Shown here: positions 26,100 to 35,726 of the stretch, one piece after another
Layout: every line of letters starts with the position of its first letter
Numbering within the stretch: the first letter of the stretch is position 1
NCBI GenBank assembly: GCA_024763365.1
Contig: JANTFO010000001.1
Span: 14,241 to 78,240, forward strand
Origin: Flavobacteriaceae bacterium
GTDB taxonomy: Bacteria > Bacteroidota > Bacteroidia > Flavobacteriales > Flavobacteriaceae
DNA: 64,000 bases
Direction of reading: 5' to 3'
Position numbers and translations under genes: made by a program
The notes under the pieces: model-generated
What the model saw: the letters and a program-made list of their open reading frames with translations, nothing else
Told to the model about the DNA's origin: nothing
The model's database searches: none

Positions 26100-27626
26100 T
26101 TAATGTTTAAAATGACGTATCCCCGTAAAAATCATGCTCATATCATTGGCATCACAATATTCAATAGATAAGTTATCACGTATAGAACCTCCCGGTTGAA
26201 TAATCGTGTTAATACCTGCTTTGTGTGCTATTTCCACAATATCCGGAAATGGGAAAAAGGCATCACTGGCCAGTACAGCTCCTCTAAGCTCAAATGAAAA
26301 ATGCTTTGCTTTTGTGATGGCTTGCTCTAAAGCATCTACCCTGGATGTTTGACCTATTCCACTGGCAATCAATTGTTTATTTTTCACTAATACAATCGTG
26401 TTGGAACGTGTATGTTTACTTATTTTTGAAGCAAAGAGCAGGTCTTCAATTTGCGCATCAGAGGCTTTTTTCTTGGTAACTGTATTTAGAATACCTATAT
26501 TGTCTGTGATGAAATCCCCCTCTTGATACAATACGCCATTAAGGGCTTTTCTGTAAATATACTGATTGTCAATGCTTTTCTTTTGTATTAATAAAATTCT
26601 ATTCTTTTTACTCTTTAAAATTGCCAAGGCTTCCTTATTAAATTTTGGGGCAATGACTACTTCACAAAATAACTTATTGATTTCAATAGCGGTACCTTTA
26701 TCTATTTCTGTGTTGGAGATCAATATACCTCCAAAAGCTGAAACCGGGTCACCAGCCAAGGCATCTTTATAAGCATCAACCAAATGGTTTCTTTGCGCTA
26801 CGCCACAGGCATTGTTGTGTTTCAAAATAGCAAAGGTGGGTATATCATTTGAAAACTCTTGTATCAATTTAACCGCCGCATCAATATCTAAAAGGTTGTT
26901 GTAAGAAATGCTCTTACCATGTAATTGTTCAAAAATATCCTCAAAATCGCCGAAGAAATATCCCTTTTGGTGAGGGTTTTCACCATAGCGTAAGCTTTTA
27001 CTTTTTGTAAAACTTTCTCTAAACATTACTTCATTACCTGTATTTAAATATTGGTATATATGGGTATCGTAATGACTGGAAACAGCAAAGGCTGCTGCGG
27101 CAAAGTGTCGTCGGGTTTCTAAGTCAGTTTTTAGTTTATTGCCTTTGAGTATTTCAAATACTTTTTGGTATTGTTCCCTATGAGATACACAAAATACGTC
27201 TTGATAGTTTTTGGCGGCAGCACGTATTAATGAAATACCACCGATGTCAATTTTTTCGATGATTTCTTTATGTGAACTTTCAGCTTTGAGTGTTTCCTCA
27301 AAAGGATAGAGGTCTACGATAACCAGATCAATATTGGGTATTTTATATGTAGCTACATCATGTTGGTCGGAATCTAATGTATCTCTGTTTAAAATACCAC
27401 CGAATATTTTAGGATGTAAAGTTTTTACACGTCCGGCTAAAATTGAGGGGTAGGAAGTGATATCAGCAACTTCAGTTACCGGAATCCCTAGTTTTTTTAT
27501 ATAATCGGCAGTACCTCCGGTAGAAATGATTTCACAGTTATGTTCATTCAAAAGTTTGACCAGTTGCTCAATACCCTCTTTATGAAAAACGGAGATGAGT
27601 GCTGATTTGATGGTTTTGGTCATCAT
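26100..27626 (-). CDS. purH: bifunctional AICAR transformylase / IMP cyclohydrolase
   Basis: 508 aa with an MGS-like N-terminal domain (ALISVFHKEGI...STGGTA) and an AICARFT domain. Confidence 0.97.
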   Translation of the reverse strand: MMTKTIKSALISVFHKEGIEQLVKLLNEHNCEIISTGGTADYIKKLGIPVTEVADITSYPSILAGRVKTLHPKIFGGILNRDTLDSDQHDVATYKIPNIDLVIVDLYPFEETLKAESSHKEIIEKIDIGGISLIRAAAKNYQDVFCVSHREQYQKVFEILKGNKLKTDLETRRHFAAAAFAVSSHYDTHIYQYLNTGNEVMFRESFTKSKSLRYGENPHQKGYFFGDFEDIFEQLHGKSISYNNLLDIDAAVKLIQEFSNDIPTFAILKHNNACGVAQRNHLVDAYKDALAGDPVSAFGGILISNTEIDKGTAIEINKLFCEVVIAPKFNKEALAILKSKKNRILLIQKKSIDNQYIYRKALNGVLYQEGDFITDNIGILNTVTKKKASDAQIEDLLFASKISKHTRSNTIVLVKNKQLIASGIGQTSRVDALEQAITKAKHFSFELRGAVLASDAFFPFPDIVEIAHKAGINTIIQPGGSIRDNLSIEYCDANDMSMIFTGIRHFKH

Positions 27627-27646
27627 TATTTTTTGATAAGTGTTGT

Positions 27647-28723
27647 TTAAATACTTTCTCCAAGTTCTTTAAGCTTTTCGGTATTCTCTGCCAGCCTGAG
27701 TTCTTCGATAATTTTGAGGATATCTCCATTCATGATATTGTCTAAATCGTACAATGTCAAGTTGATACGGTGTTCTGTAACACGACCTTGTGGGTAATTA
27801 TAAGTTCTGATCTTTGCAGAACGGTCACCACTGGAAACCATCGTTTTACGTTTGGCAGCGTCTTCTTCTTGTTTTTTGGCCAGTTCTCTTTCGTAAAGTC
27901 TGGACCGCAGAACTTTGAAAGCTTTTTCTTTATTCTTGTGTTGTGATTTTTGATCCTGGCATTGGGCTACAATTCCTGTAGGTTCATGGGTAAGTCTTAC
28001 TGCCGAATAGGTGGTATTCACAGATTGCCCGCCGGGGCCTGAGGAACAGAAATAATCTATTCTCACATCTGAAGGGTCTATTGCTATCTCAAACTCTTCT
28101 GCTTCCGGAATCACCATGACAGTTGCTGCCGAAGTATGGACTCTTCCCTGGGTTTCAGTCTGCGGTACACGTTGTACGCGATGTACTCCGGATTCGAATT
28201 TCATCAATCCGTAAACTTCCTGCCCCGATACACTAAAAATGATTTCTTTAAATCCTCCTGAAGTACCTTCATTCATGTCTACTACTTCGGTTTTCCATCC
28301 TTGAGAAGAGCAGAATTTGGTATACATTCTGTAAAGGTCACCTGCAAAAATACTGGCTTCGTCACCACCTGTTCCGGCACGTATTTCCATCATCACATCT
28401 TTAGCATCTTCCGGGTCTTGAGGTATCAACATAAATTTGATCTTTTCTTCCAAGACAGGTATAGCCTCCTCAGCATCAGCTAGTTCCATCTTGGCCATCT
28501 CAATCATTTCAGGGTCTTGTTCGGTTTTAAGTAGTTCTTTGGCTTCTTCAATTCGATTTAACAATGTTTCATAATTGTCTGCTTGTTCTATTACTTTAGA
28601 CAAGTCTTTGTATTCCTTGTTTATTTGAATATACCGTTTTTGATCCGATATGATGTCGGGTTGTACGATTAGGTCTTTTACTTCATCAAATCTTTGTCTT
28701 ACGATCTGTAATTTATCAAGCAT
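27647..28723 (-). CDS. prfA: peptide chain release factor 1
   Basis: 358 aa with the PET/PxT-type recognition region and GGQ motif ([11 protein letters not shown]). Uninterrupted reading frame. Confidence 0.97.
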   Translation of the reverse strand: MLDKLQIVRQRFDEVKDLIVQPDIISDQKRYIQINKEYKDLSKVIEQADNYETLLNRIEEAKELLKTEQDPEMIEMAKMELADAEEAIPVLEEKIKFMLIPQDPEDAKDVMMEIRAGTGGDEASIFAGDLYRMYTKFCSSQGWKTEVVDMNEGTSGGFKEIIFSVSGQEVYGLMKFESGVHRVQRVPQTETQGRVHTSAATVMVIPEAEEFEIAIDPSDVRIDYFCSSGPGGQSVNTTYSAVRLTHEPTGIVAQCQDQKSQHKNKEKAFKVLRSRLYERELAKKQEEDAAKRKTMVSSGDRSAKIRTYNYPQGRVTEHRINLTLYDLDNIMNGDILKIIEELRLAENTEKLKELGESI

Positions 28724-28922
28724 CTATGGTGTTTTTATAAAGTTTACAAACATACAATTAACTGTGCATAATTCCCAATAAAATATTTTCATTTCCAAGA
28801 TTACAAAAGACAATAAGCAGGCTGTTTTTTAGTTTATAAAATGATAAGGTCTAATAATTTAGCGTACTTTAATACTGCGTGTGCTTTCTAAAAAGAAATC
28901 AATACATTTGTGCGCACTAAAA

Positions 28923-29603
28923 ATGAGAATGAAGAAAATAATAATAGTAGCGTTTAGCTTTTTTGTTTATATCGTTTCCCCAGCGCAATTATTAAACGAA
29001 ATAGGCTTTTATGCAGCCGGGACAAATTACAGTGGTGATATAGGCAATGAGTTGTATATTTTTCCTAATAAAATAGGTGGAGGAATTACATACAAACGAA
29101 ATTTTAACACCAGACTTTCAGCCAGGTTGTCTTTGAGTTATATTCCGCTTAGTGATGCAGATTCCCGAGCTTTTAATAAGGTTAGAAATGAAAGGGACTA
29201 TGCTTTTGAAAATATAGTTAGACAAGCATCTGTAGGAATGGAATTTAATTTCTTTGACTATGATGTGTTGAGAAGAGATATGGGACAAACTCCCTATTTG
29301 TTTATTTCTTATGCTATAGCCCAATGGGATGTGTTTAAAAAATTTGAAGATGGACAAGCTAAATATGAAAAAACTATCGCCAGTCTTGTCCCTTTTGGAT
29401 TGGGTTATAAGTCAAGAATAACAGATCGTCTGGGGTTTGCTTCTGAATTAAGGGTGCATTATGCTTTTACTGATGATATCGAAAAGAAGTCTTATTTAGG
29501 AGAAAATTTTGGTGATCCCACTTCAAAAGATTGGTATTTCTTTACCGGTGTCGCATTGACTTATTCTTTTGGTAGGCCGCCCTGTTTTGCCCCAAGGTTT
29601 TAA
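28923..29603 (+). CDS. outer-membrane beta-barrel protein (DUF6089-like)
   Basis: Signal peptide from the ATG at 28923 (MRMKKIIIVAFSFF...), alternating beta-strand pattern and an aromatic C-terminus. Upstream of uppS, as is commonly seen in Flavobacteriia. Confidence 0.5.
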   Translation: MRMKKIIIVAFSFFVYIVSPAQLLNEIGFYAAGTNYSGDIGNELYIFPNKIGGGITYKRNFNTRLSARLSLSYIPLSDADSRAFNKVRNERDYAFENIVRQASVGMEFNFFDYDVLRRDMGQTPYLFISYAIAQWDVFKKFEDGQAKYEKTIASLVPFGLGYKSRITDRLGFASELRVHYAFTDDIEKKSYLGENFGDPTSKDWYFFTGVALTYSFGRPPCFAPRF

Positions 29604-29616
29604 ATATTTACAGTTT

Positions 29617-30357
29617 ATGGATCAATCTTTACCCGAATTATCATCGAATATTCCTAACCACGTAGCCGTTATCATGGATGGTAACGGGCGTTGGGCTAAG
29701 AAAAAAGGAAAAATGCGTGTATTTGGCCATAGGAATGGTGTCAAAGCTGTAAGGCAAACTATAGAAGCAGCTGCAGAAATTGGGGTGAAGGTATTGACAC
29801 TGTATGCTTTTTCTTCAGAAAACTGGAAGCGCCCTAGAAAAGAGGTGGAAACGCTAATGAGCTTATTGGCCAGTTCTTTACGTAATGAATTTAGTAGCTT
29901 ACAAAAAAATAATATTCAACTCCGTGCAATAGGAGACCTGGAAAACTTACCTTCAAAAGCACAAAAAGAATTGCAGGAAGTCATTGAAGCTACTGCCCAA
30001 AACGACAGAATGATCCTGAATCTCGCTTTGAGTTATAGTTCACAAGCCGAAATTGTGCGAGCAGTTCAATGTATTTCTAAAAAAGTTGTTAATAATGAAC
30101 TTTCTATAGAAAATATTGACAAAAATACCATCAATAATCATTTATATACCTTTTCTTTGCCTGACGTAGATTTTTTGATAAGAACGAGTGGTGAACAACG
30201 TATTAGTAATTTTTTACTTTGGCAAATAGCTTATGCCGAACTTTATTTTACGGATACTTTATGGCCTGACTTTTCTAAAAATGATTTTTATGAAGCCATA
30301 GCCACCTATCAAAAAAGAGAAAGAAGATATGGACAAACAAGCGAACAAATTCTTTAG
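29617..30357 (+). CDS. uppS: isoprenyl transferase (undecaprenyl diphosphate synthase)
   Basis: HVAVIMDGNGRWAKKKG..., ...RTSGEQRISNFLLWQIAYAELYF. The ATG at 29617 is preferred over the track start. Confidence 0.93.
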   Translation: MDQSLPELSSNIPNHVAVIMDGNGRWAKKKGKMRVFGHRNGVKAVRQTIEAAAEIGVKVLTLYAFSSENWKRPRKEVETLMSLLASSLRNEFSSLQKNNIQLRAIGDLENLPSKAQKELQEVIEATAQNDRMILNLALSYSSQAEIVRAVQCISKKVVNNELSIENIDKNTINNHLYTFSLPDVDFLIRTSGEQRISNFLLWQIAYAELYFTDTLWPDFSKNDFYEAIATYQKRERRYGQTSEQIL

Positions 30358-30358
30358 T

Positions 30359-32863
30359 ATGAAAAACAGCAAATTATTTTTATTTACTTTTTTATTTCTG
30401 TTAATTATCCCACTTATAAATGCTCAAGAAGAAACCCCCATCCAAACTATTGACAGCCTTTCTTTTGAAAAGGGTAAAGAATATATCTTGGGTGATATTA
30501 CGGTGAAAGGATTGCAAAGGTTTAGTGAACAAACGGTCAAAATTCACTCAGGATTACTTAAAGGAACCCCTATACGTTTGCCCGGTGATAAGCTGACAAG
30601 TGCTATCAAAAAACTCTATGAAACAGACCAATTCAGTAAGGTTGATGTTTATCTTATCGCCAAAGACGATGAAACGGTTTACCTGGAGTTTGAAGTAGAA
30701 GAATTGCCACAACTTGATAAAATTGTCTTTTCAAATTTAGGAAAGGCTAAGTCTAAAAGCCTTGCTGATGAAATAAAAATTAAAAAAGGTGATATGGTTA
30801 CTGATAATTTGATTGTAACTACTAAAAACTTTTTGAAAGATAAATATAAAGAAGAAGGATTCTATAATACCAAAGTAAATATTGATGTCCGTGATTCTGA
30901 GAAGCCTAATGTAGTTGATATGAATGTGTTTATTGACAAAGGAGATAGAGTCAAAATAAACATGATCAATTTTGAAGGCAACGAAAAATTCTCTGATAAG
31001 AAGTTGCGTAAAAAAATGAAAAAAACCAAGCAAAAATTCTTTGGTAGATTTTGGAAACGATCTAAGTATATTGATGAAATTTATAAAGAGGACCTACAAA
31101 ATGTATTGGATGTTTATAGTGAACATGGCTATAGAGATGCAATTATTACCCATCAAGATATAAAATGGAATGATGATAATACCTTAAACATAAATGTTGA
31201 AATTGATGAAGGTAACAGATATTATTTTGGAAATATTGATTTTATCGGTAATGCTGCTTATTCTGATAGGCAATTAAACAAATTTTTAAGGTTAGAAAAA
31301 GGTGATGTGTATAACTCTAAAGTCTTAAAAGAACGTGTTAGTGGAGATGGCACTCCAGATTCTGAAGATATTCAATCACTTTACCTTAACTCAGGTTACC
31401 TATTTGCTAGTGTTCTGCCGGTAGAAACCAGAGTGGTCAATGATACCATTAATGTAGAGATTAGAATCTCTGAAGATGAACAGGCCACTATTCGTAATGT
31501 TGCTGTTTCTGGTAATACAACTACCAATGATCATGTAATTTATAGAGAGTTACGTACCAAACCGGGAAATCTGTTTAGTAAAGAAGATATTATCCGTTCG
31601 GTACGTGAGATCAGTCAATTAGGATTCTTTGACCCTGAAAATATTGTTCCGGATGTTAAGCCAAATTATATTGATAAGACCGTAGATATAGATTACGCTG
31701 TAGCCGAAAAAGGTTCCAGTCAAATAGAACTTCAGGGAGGCTATGGAAATAGATCATTTATAGGAACGCTGGGGCTATCATTCAACAATTTTGCCATCAA
31801 AGATTTATTCAACAAGGATGCCTACAAACCATTGCCAAGAGGTGATGGACAAACACTTTCACTTCGTCTGCAGAAAAGTAGGATCTATAGCACTTATAGT
31901 TTTTCATTTATGGAACCTTGGTTAGGAGGTAAAAAACCCAAATCTTTATCCATGTCTTTATACAATTCACGTATTAAAGGATATGATTATTACACCTATA
32001 CCGTCGATAACAGTAGAAAATTAAGTATATGGGGTGCTTCATTGGGATTGGGGCAACGATTGAATTGGCCTGATGATTACTTTACACTTTCACAAAGTGT
32101 GAGTTATCAAAGATATGATATGGATAATTATGGTATTATCACCAGTTTAAGTTATGATGATGGTTCTGCTAATAATGTATCATATAGTATTTCTTTATCA
32201 AGAAATTCCTCAGGTCCTAACCCTATATTTCCTACTCAGGGATCAGAAGTTAGTTTAGGCTTAAAACTAACACCACCCTTTTCATTACTTAATGGAAAAG
32301 ATTATACCAGTATGACAGACCAGGAGAAGTACAAATGGTTGGAATATTACAAGACTACCTTTAAATCAAATTGGTACACACCCATCTGGGAGAAGTTGAC
32401 TTTACGAGCTAATGCCGAATTTGGATTTTTAGGCTATTATAACAAAGACCTTGGCTATTCCCCATTCGAAGGTTATGTATTAGGAGGTGATGGTTTAGCC
32501 CAGTATCGCTATGACGGTAGTGAAACCATAGGTTTGAGAGGATATGAAAACGGTAGTATCGCCAGTTATAACGATCCCGCTGTGATTTATAATAAATATT
32601 CATTGGAGGCAAGATATCCTATTACTTTAAAACCAGCGGCTTCCATTTATGTTATGGGATTTTTAGAAGCAGGTAATGCTACTTACAATTTTAAAGAATA
32701 TAATCCGTTTGATTTATATCGTTCGGCTGGTGCAGGTTTGCGTATTTTTATGCCTGCCTTTGGTTTGTTGGGGATAGATTTCGCACATGGGTTTGATACC
32801 TTACCCGGAGCGACTGAAAAATCAGGATGGCAAACCCATTTTATCATTGGTCAACAATTTTAA
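30359..32863 (+). CDS. bamA: outer membrane protein assembly factor BamA
   Basis: About 834 aa with a signal peptide from the ATG at 30359, POTRA repeats and a C-terminal Omp85 barrel ending ...IIGQQF. Confidence 0.92.
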   Translation: MKNSKLFLFTFLFLLIIPLINAQEETPIQTIDSLSFEKGKEYILGDITVKGLQRFSEQTVKIHSGLLKGTPIRLPGDKLTSAIKKLYETDQFSKVDVYLIAKDDETVYLEFEVEELPQLDKIVFSNLGKAKSKSLADEIKIKKGDMVTDNLIVTTKNFLKDKYKEEGFYNTKVNIDVRDSEKPNVVDMNVFIDKGDRVKINMINFEGNEKFSDKKLRKKMKKTKQKFFGRFWKRSKYIDEIYKEDLQNVLDVYSEHGYRDAIITHQDIKWNDDNTLNINVEIDEGNRYYFGNIDFIGNAAYSDRQLNKFLRLEKGDVYNSKVLKERVSGDGTPDSEDIQSLYLNSGYLFASVLPVETRVVNDTINVEIRISEDEQATIRNVAVSGNTTTNDHVIYRELRTKPGNLFSKEDIIRSVREISQLGFFDPENIVPDVKPNYIDKTVDIDYAVAEKGSSQIELQGGYGNRSFIGTLGLSFNNFAIKDLFNKDAYKPLPRGDGQTLSLRLQKSRIYSTYSFSFMEPWLGGKKPKSLSMSLYNSRIKGYDYYTYTVDNSRKLSIWGASLGLGQRLNWPDDYFTLSQSVSYQRYDMDNYGIITSLSYDDGSANNVSYSISLSRNSSGPNPIFPTQGSEVSLGLKLTPPFSLLNGKDYTSMTDQEKYKWLEYYKTTFKSNWYTPIWEKLTLRANAEFGFLGYYNKDLGYSPFEGYVLGGDGLAQYRYDGSETIGLRGYENGSIASYNDPAVIYNKYSLEARYPITLKPAASIYVMGFLEAGNATYNFKEYNPFDLYRSAGAGLRIFMPAFGLLGIDFAHGFDTLPGATEKSGWQTHFIIGQQF

Positions 32864-32934
32864 CATAAGAAGTAGTATATTTGTCGCAATAATAAAAAAT
32901 CTGGCACAGTTTTTTCTAACCTAATTACGTAATC

Positions 32935-34119
32935 ATGAAAAGAAATTTTTATAGCATTCTCGTCCTAAGTTTATTGACTGTAATTACAGTCTTTGCACAG
33001 AAGCCTCAAAAGATAGCTTATATAGATATGGAATATATTTTGGAGAATGTTCCGGAATATCAGGATGCCATGACTCAACTGGATGTAAAAGTGAAGAGAT
33101 GGCAAGATAAAATTTCTAAAATGCAAAACGAAATTCAAGTTTTACAAACCAATTTAGATCATGAAAGAGCCTTACTAACAAATGACCTGATATTGGAACG
33201 AGAAGAAGACATAGCAGTTCGTAAAGAGGAATTGTACAGGACTCAGGAGATGTATTTTGGTGTACAAGGTGATTTATACAGATTGCGTAAACAGTTTGTT
33301 AAACCCGTACAGGATAAAGTATACAATGCTATTCAGGATATCGCTAAGCAGAATAAGTATGATTTTATATTGGACAAATCCAGTGATTTGATCATGCTGT
33401 ATAGTAATGAGCGCTTTGACATTAGCGACCGTGTGGTAAGAAGTATAGTTAGGACTGAAAAGCAAAAAGAAATTAAAGAGAAGAGAAAGAAAAAGCAAGA
33501 AGAAATTGCTGAAAAACAAAATAAAGCGCAAGAAGGTAACCCCGAGTTAGAAAAGAAATTAGCTGAAAGGGCTACTAAGAGAGAAGAACTTCAACAACGA
33601 ATTGCCCAACAAAAAGAGGAAAGACTAAAACAACGTGAAGAACGTAAAAAAGAAATTGAAGAAGAGCGACAAAGAAAAATTGAAGAACGTCAAAAAGCTC
33701 GTGAAGCTATAGAAGAGCAAATAAAAGAAAAGCAAAATCCTCAGACTGAAGAAGAAACACAGGAAGAGGATAAGACTATGGAGAATATTCCTGCTGAAGA
33801 ACCTGAAGTGAAAAGTACGGAAGAAAAAAATTCAGCAGAAGAAAATACAAAAGAAACTCCTGATAATTCTGAGGAAGAAGCGACACCTGTAGTAGATCCC
33901 AAAACAGAGATGCAACAAAGGATTGAGGCTCAAAAAGAAGCCAGAGAGAAAGCTCGAAAAGAGCGATTGGAAGCGATAGAAAAAGCCCGCATGGAACGTA
34001 TCAAAAAAAGAGAAGAAACGCGCAAAGCCATAGAAGAGAAGAGGAAAGCAATTAATAATAACAACAATATACCGGAAGAAAACCCGGAAGAAAATGAACC
34101 TGAAAATAACAATAATTAA
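32935..34119 (+). CDS. OmpH/Skp family periplasmic chaperone with a long Lys/Glu-rich C-terminal extension
   Basis: The N-terminal ~170 aa are Skp-like (KIAYIDMEYIL...YDFILDKS...). About 220 aa of charged low-complexity sequence follow. Confidence 0.75.
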   Translation: MKRNFYSILVLSLLTVITVFAQKPQKIAYIDMEYILENVPEYQDAMTQLDVKVKRWQDKISKMQNEIQVLQTNLDHERALLTNDLILEREEDIAVRKEELYRTQEMYFGVQGDLYRLRKQFVKPVQDKVYNAIQDIAKQNKYDFILDKSSDLIMLYSNERFDISDRVVRSIVRTEKQKEIKEKRKKKQEEIAEKQNKAQEGNPELEKKLAERATKREELQQRIAQQKEERLKQREERKKEIEEERQRKIEERQKAREAIEEQIKEKQNPQTEEETQEEDKTMENIPAEEPEVKSTEEKNSAEENTKETPDNSEEEATPVVDPKTEMQQRIEAQKEAREKARKERLEAIEKARMERIKKREETRKAIEEKRKAINNNNNIPEENPEENEPENNNN

Positions 34120-34133
34120 AAATGATAATCAAT

Positions 34134-34631
34134 ATGAATGTAATTAAATCGATCTTACTTACTTTAGTTTTATTTGTTGGTGCTAGTGCTGTTCAAGCAC
34201 AAACTAAAGTGGCGCATATTAACACGGAAGAGTTAATTGCTGCCATGCCCGAAACGAAAGCTTTACAAGCAAAATTGGAAAAATTGGGTAAAACTTATGA
34301 TGATGAAGTAAAAGCGAAAGAGAATCAATTGAAAGCAAAGTTTGAAAAATACAATGCCGAATTTGAATCTCAAACAGAAGCCACGAATACTGAGCGTACT
34401 AAAGAGGTACAAACAGATGCTCAAAAAATTGAGCAATTCAAAGCTGAAGCTGTAAAAGATTTGCAAAAGCAAGAGCAGGAAGGCTTAAAACCTATTTTAG
34501 AAAAAGCCCAAAAAGCTATTGATGATGTCGCAGCTGCACAAGGTTTTGACTATGTGCTCAATGTCAATATGTTGGTTGTAGCCAAAGGGAAAGACCTGCT
34601 ACCCGACGTAAAAGCCAAATTAGGCATCTAA
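34134..34631 (+). CDS. OmpH/Skp family periplasmic chaperone
   Basis: About 165 aa with a signal peptide, KVAHINTEELI..., a coiled body and ...GFDYVLN... The second of the usual tandem skp pair after bamA. Confidence 0.8.
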   Translation: MNVIKSILLTLVLFVGASAVQAQTKVAHINTEELIAAMPETKALQAKLEKLGKTYDDEVKAKENQLKAKFEKYNAEFESQTEATNTERTKEVQTDAQKIEQFKAEAVKDLQKQEQEGLKPILEKAQKAIDDVAAAQGFDYVLNVNMLVVAKGKDLLPDVKAKLGI

Positions 34632-34651
34632 AAAACAACAAATAATCCATG

Positions 34652-34682
34652 AAAACCGTACTTTTACAGTGCGGTTTTTTTT
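34652..34682 (+). terminator. Rho-independent terminator after the bamA-skp operon
   Basis: aaaaccgtac / gtgcggtttt stem (one G-U pair) around the loop ttttaca, followed by a T-run. Confidence 0.65.
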
Positions 34683-34699
34683 GTTCTAACTTGAAAATG

Positions 34700-34803
34700 A
34701 GGTTGGAGGATTGAATGTTGAAATTCTTCCCCTTCCAAAAGGAGGAATAAGAGGGATTGATTTATAAACTTTCCCCCTTAGAAAAGGGGGTTAGGGGGAT
34801 TGA
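34700..34803. repeat. tandem pair of G/C-run hairpin (REP-like) elements
   Basis: Two 35-nt units: cttccccttccaaaaggaggaataagagggattga (34726-34760) and ctttcccccttagaaaagggggttagggggattga (34769-34803). The second contains a perfect ccccctt/aaggggg stem. A partial third end, ggaggattga, lies upstream. Confidence 0.6.
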
Positions 34804-34857
34804 TGATTAATAATATTTTTTAATAAATCACAAATCTAATTTTTGATATAATTCTTG

Positions 34858-35652
34858 ATGAATCAAAAGAATAATCCCATAGGTATTTTTGATTCCGGTG
34901 TTGGCGGAACCAGCATTTGGAAAGATATTATTTTATTAATGCCCAATGAGAATACCCTTTATTTAGCAGATAGTAGAAATGCTCCCTACGGACAAAAAAG
35001 TAAGGAGGAGATCATAGCCCTAAGTGAGAAAAATACAGAGTGGTTATTAGAAAACAACGCTAAGCTCATTGTGGTAGCCTGTAATACAGCTACCACTAAT
35101 GCAATTAAACACTTGCGTCAAAAATATGATGTTCCCTTTGTAGGGATTGAGCCGGCTATAAAACCCGCTGCCCTATATACAAAACACAATGCTGTAGGAG
35201 TACTTGCTACTCAAGGTACATTATCTAGTGAGCTCTTTGATGAAACCAAAGGAAAGTTTGCCCGTGATATCAAAGTGGTGGAACAGGTAGGGGAGGGATT
35301 AGTGCCGCTTGTTGAGCAACATAAAATGGATAGCCCGAAAACTACTGAACTGCTTAAAAAATACCTCCAACCTATGCTCGAAGCCCATATCGATTACTTA
35401 ATACTGGGCTGTACACATTATCCTTATTTGGTTACGCAGCTTAAAAAGCTTTTGCCGGATTACGTCAAAATCATCGACTCAGGTGAGGCAGTAGCAAGAC
35501 AGACTAAAAAGTTGTTGTCAGAGCATATGCTATTAAATAATTCCAACCAACCAGGAAGACATTTTTTATATTCTAATACGGATAGCAATATTTTAAAATT
35601 GCTTTTAAAGGATATAGAAGTGCCTATGGAAATTGAGTATTTGGATTTTTAG
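34858..35652 (+). CDS. murI: glutamate racemase
   Basis: IGIFDSGVGGTS..., ...VVACNTAT..., ...LGCTHYP... motifs. Confidence 0.93.
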   Translation: MNQKNNPIGIFDSGVGGTSIWKDIILLMPNENTLYLADSRNAPYGQKSKEEIIALSEKNTEWLLENNAKLIVVACNTATTNAIKHLRQKYDVPFVGIEPAIKPAALYTKHNAVGVLATQGTLSSELFDETKGKFARDIKVVEQVGEGLVPLVEQHKMDSPKTTELLKKYLQPMLEAHIDYLILGCTHYPYLVTQLKKLLPDYVKIIDSGEAVARQTKKLLSEHMLLNNSNQPGRHFLYSNTDSNILKLLLKDIEVPMEIEYLDF

Positions 35653-35726
35653 AAAGCAGCTCAGTCAAATAAAAAGAATGAGCATAGTTTTACCCTATTC
35701 TAAATTCTTACTTCTAAATTTTTATT

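Noticed and set aside
27647-28723. Programmed frameshift in a release-factor gene.
   Set aside because: This is RF1 (prfA) with one continuous frame. The +1 frameshift is a property of RF2 (prfB), which is not in this window.
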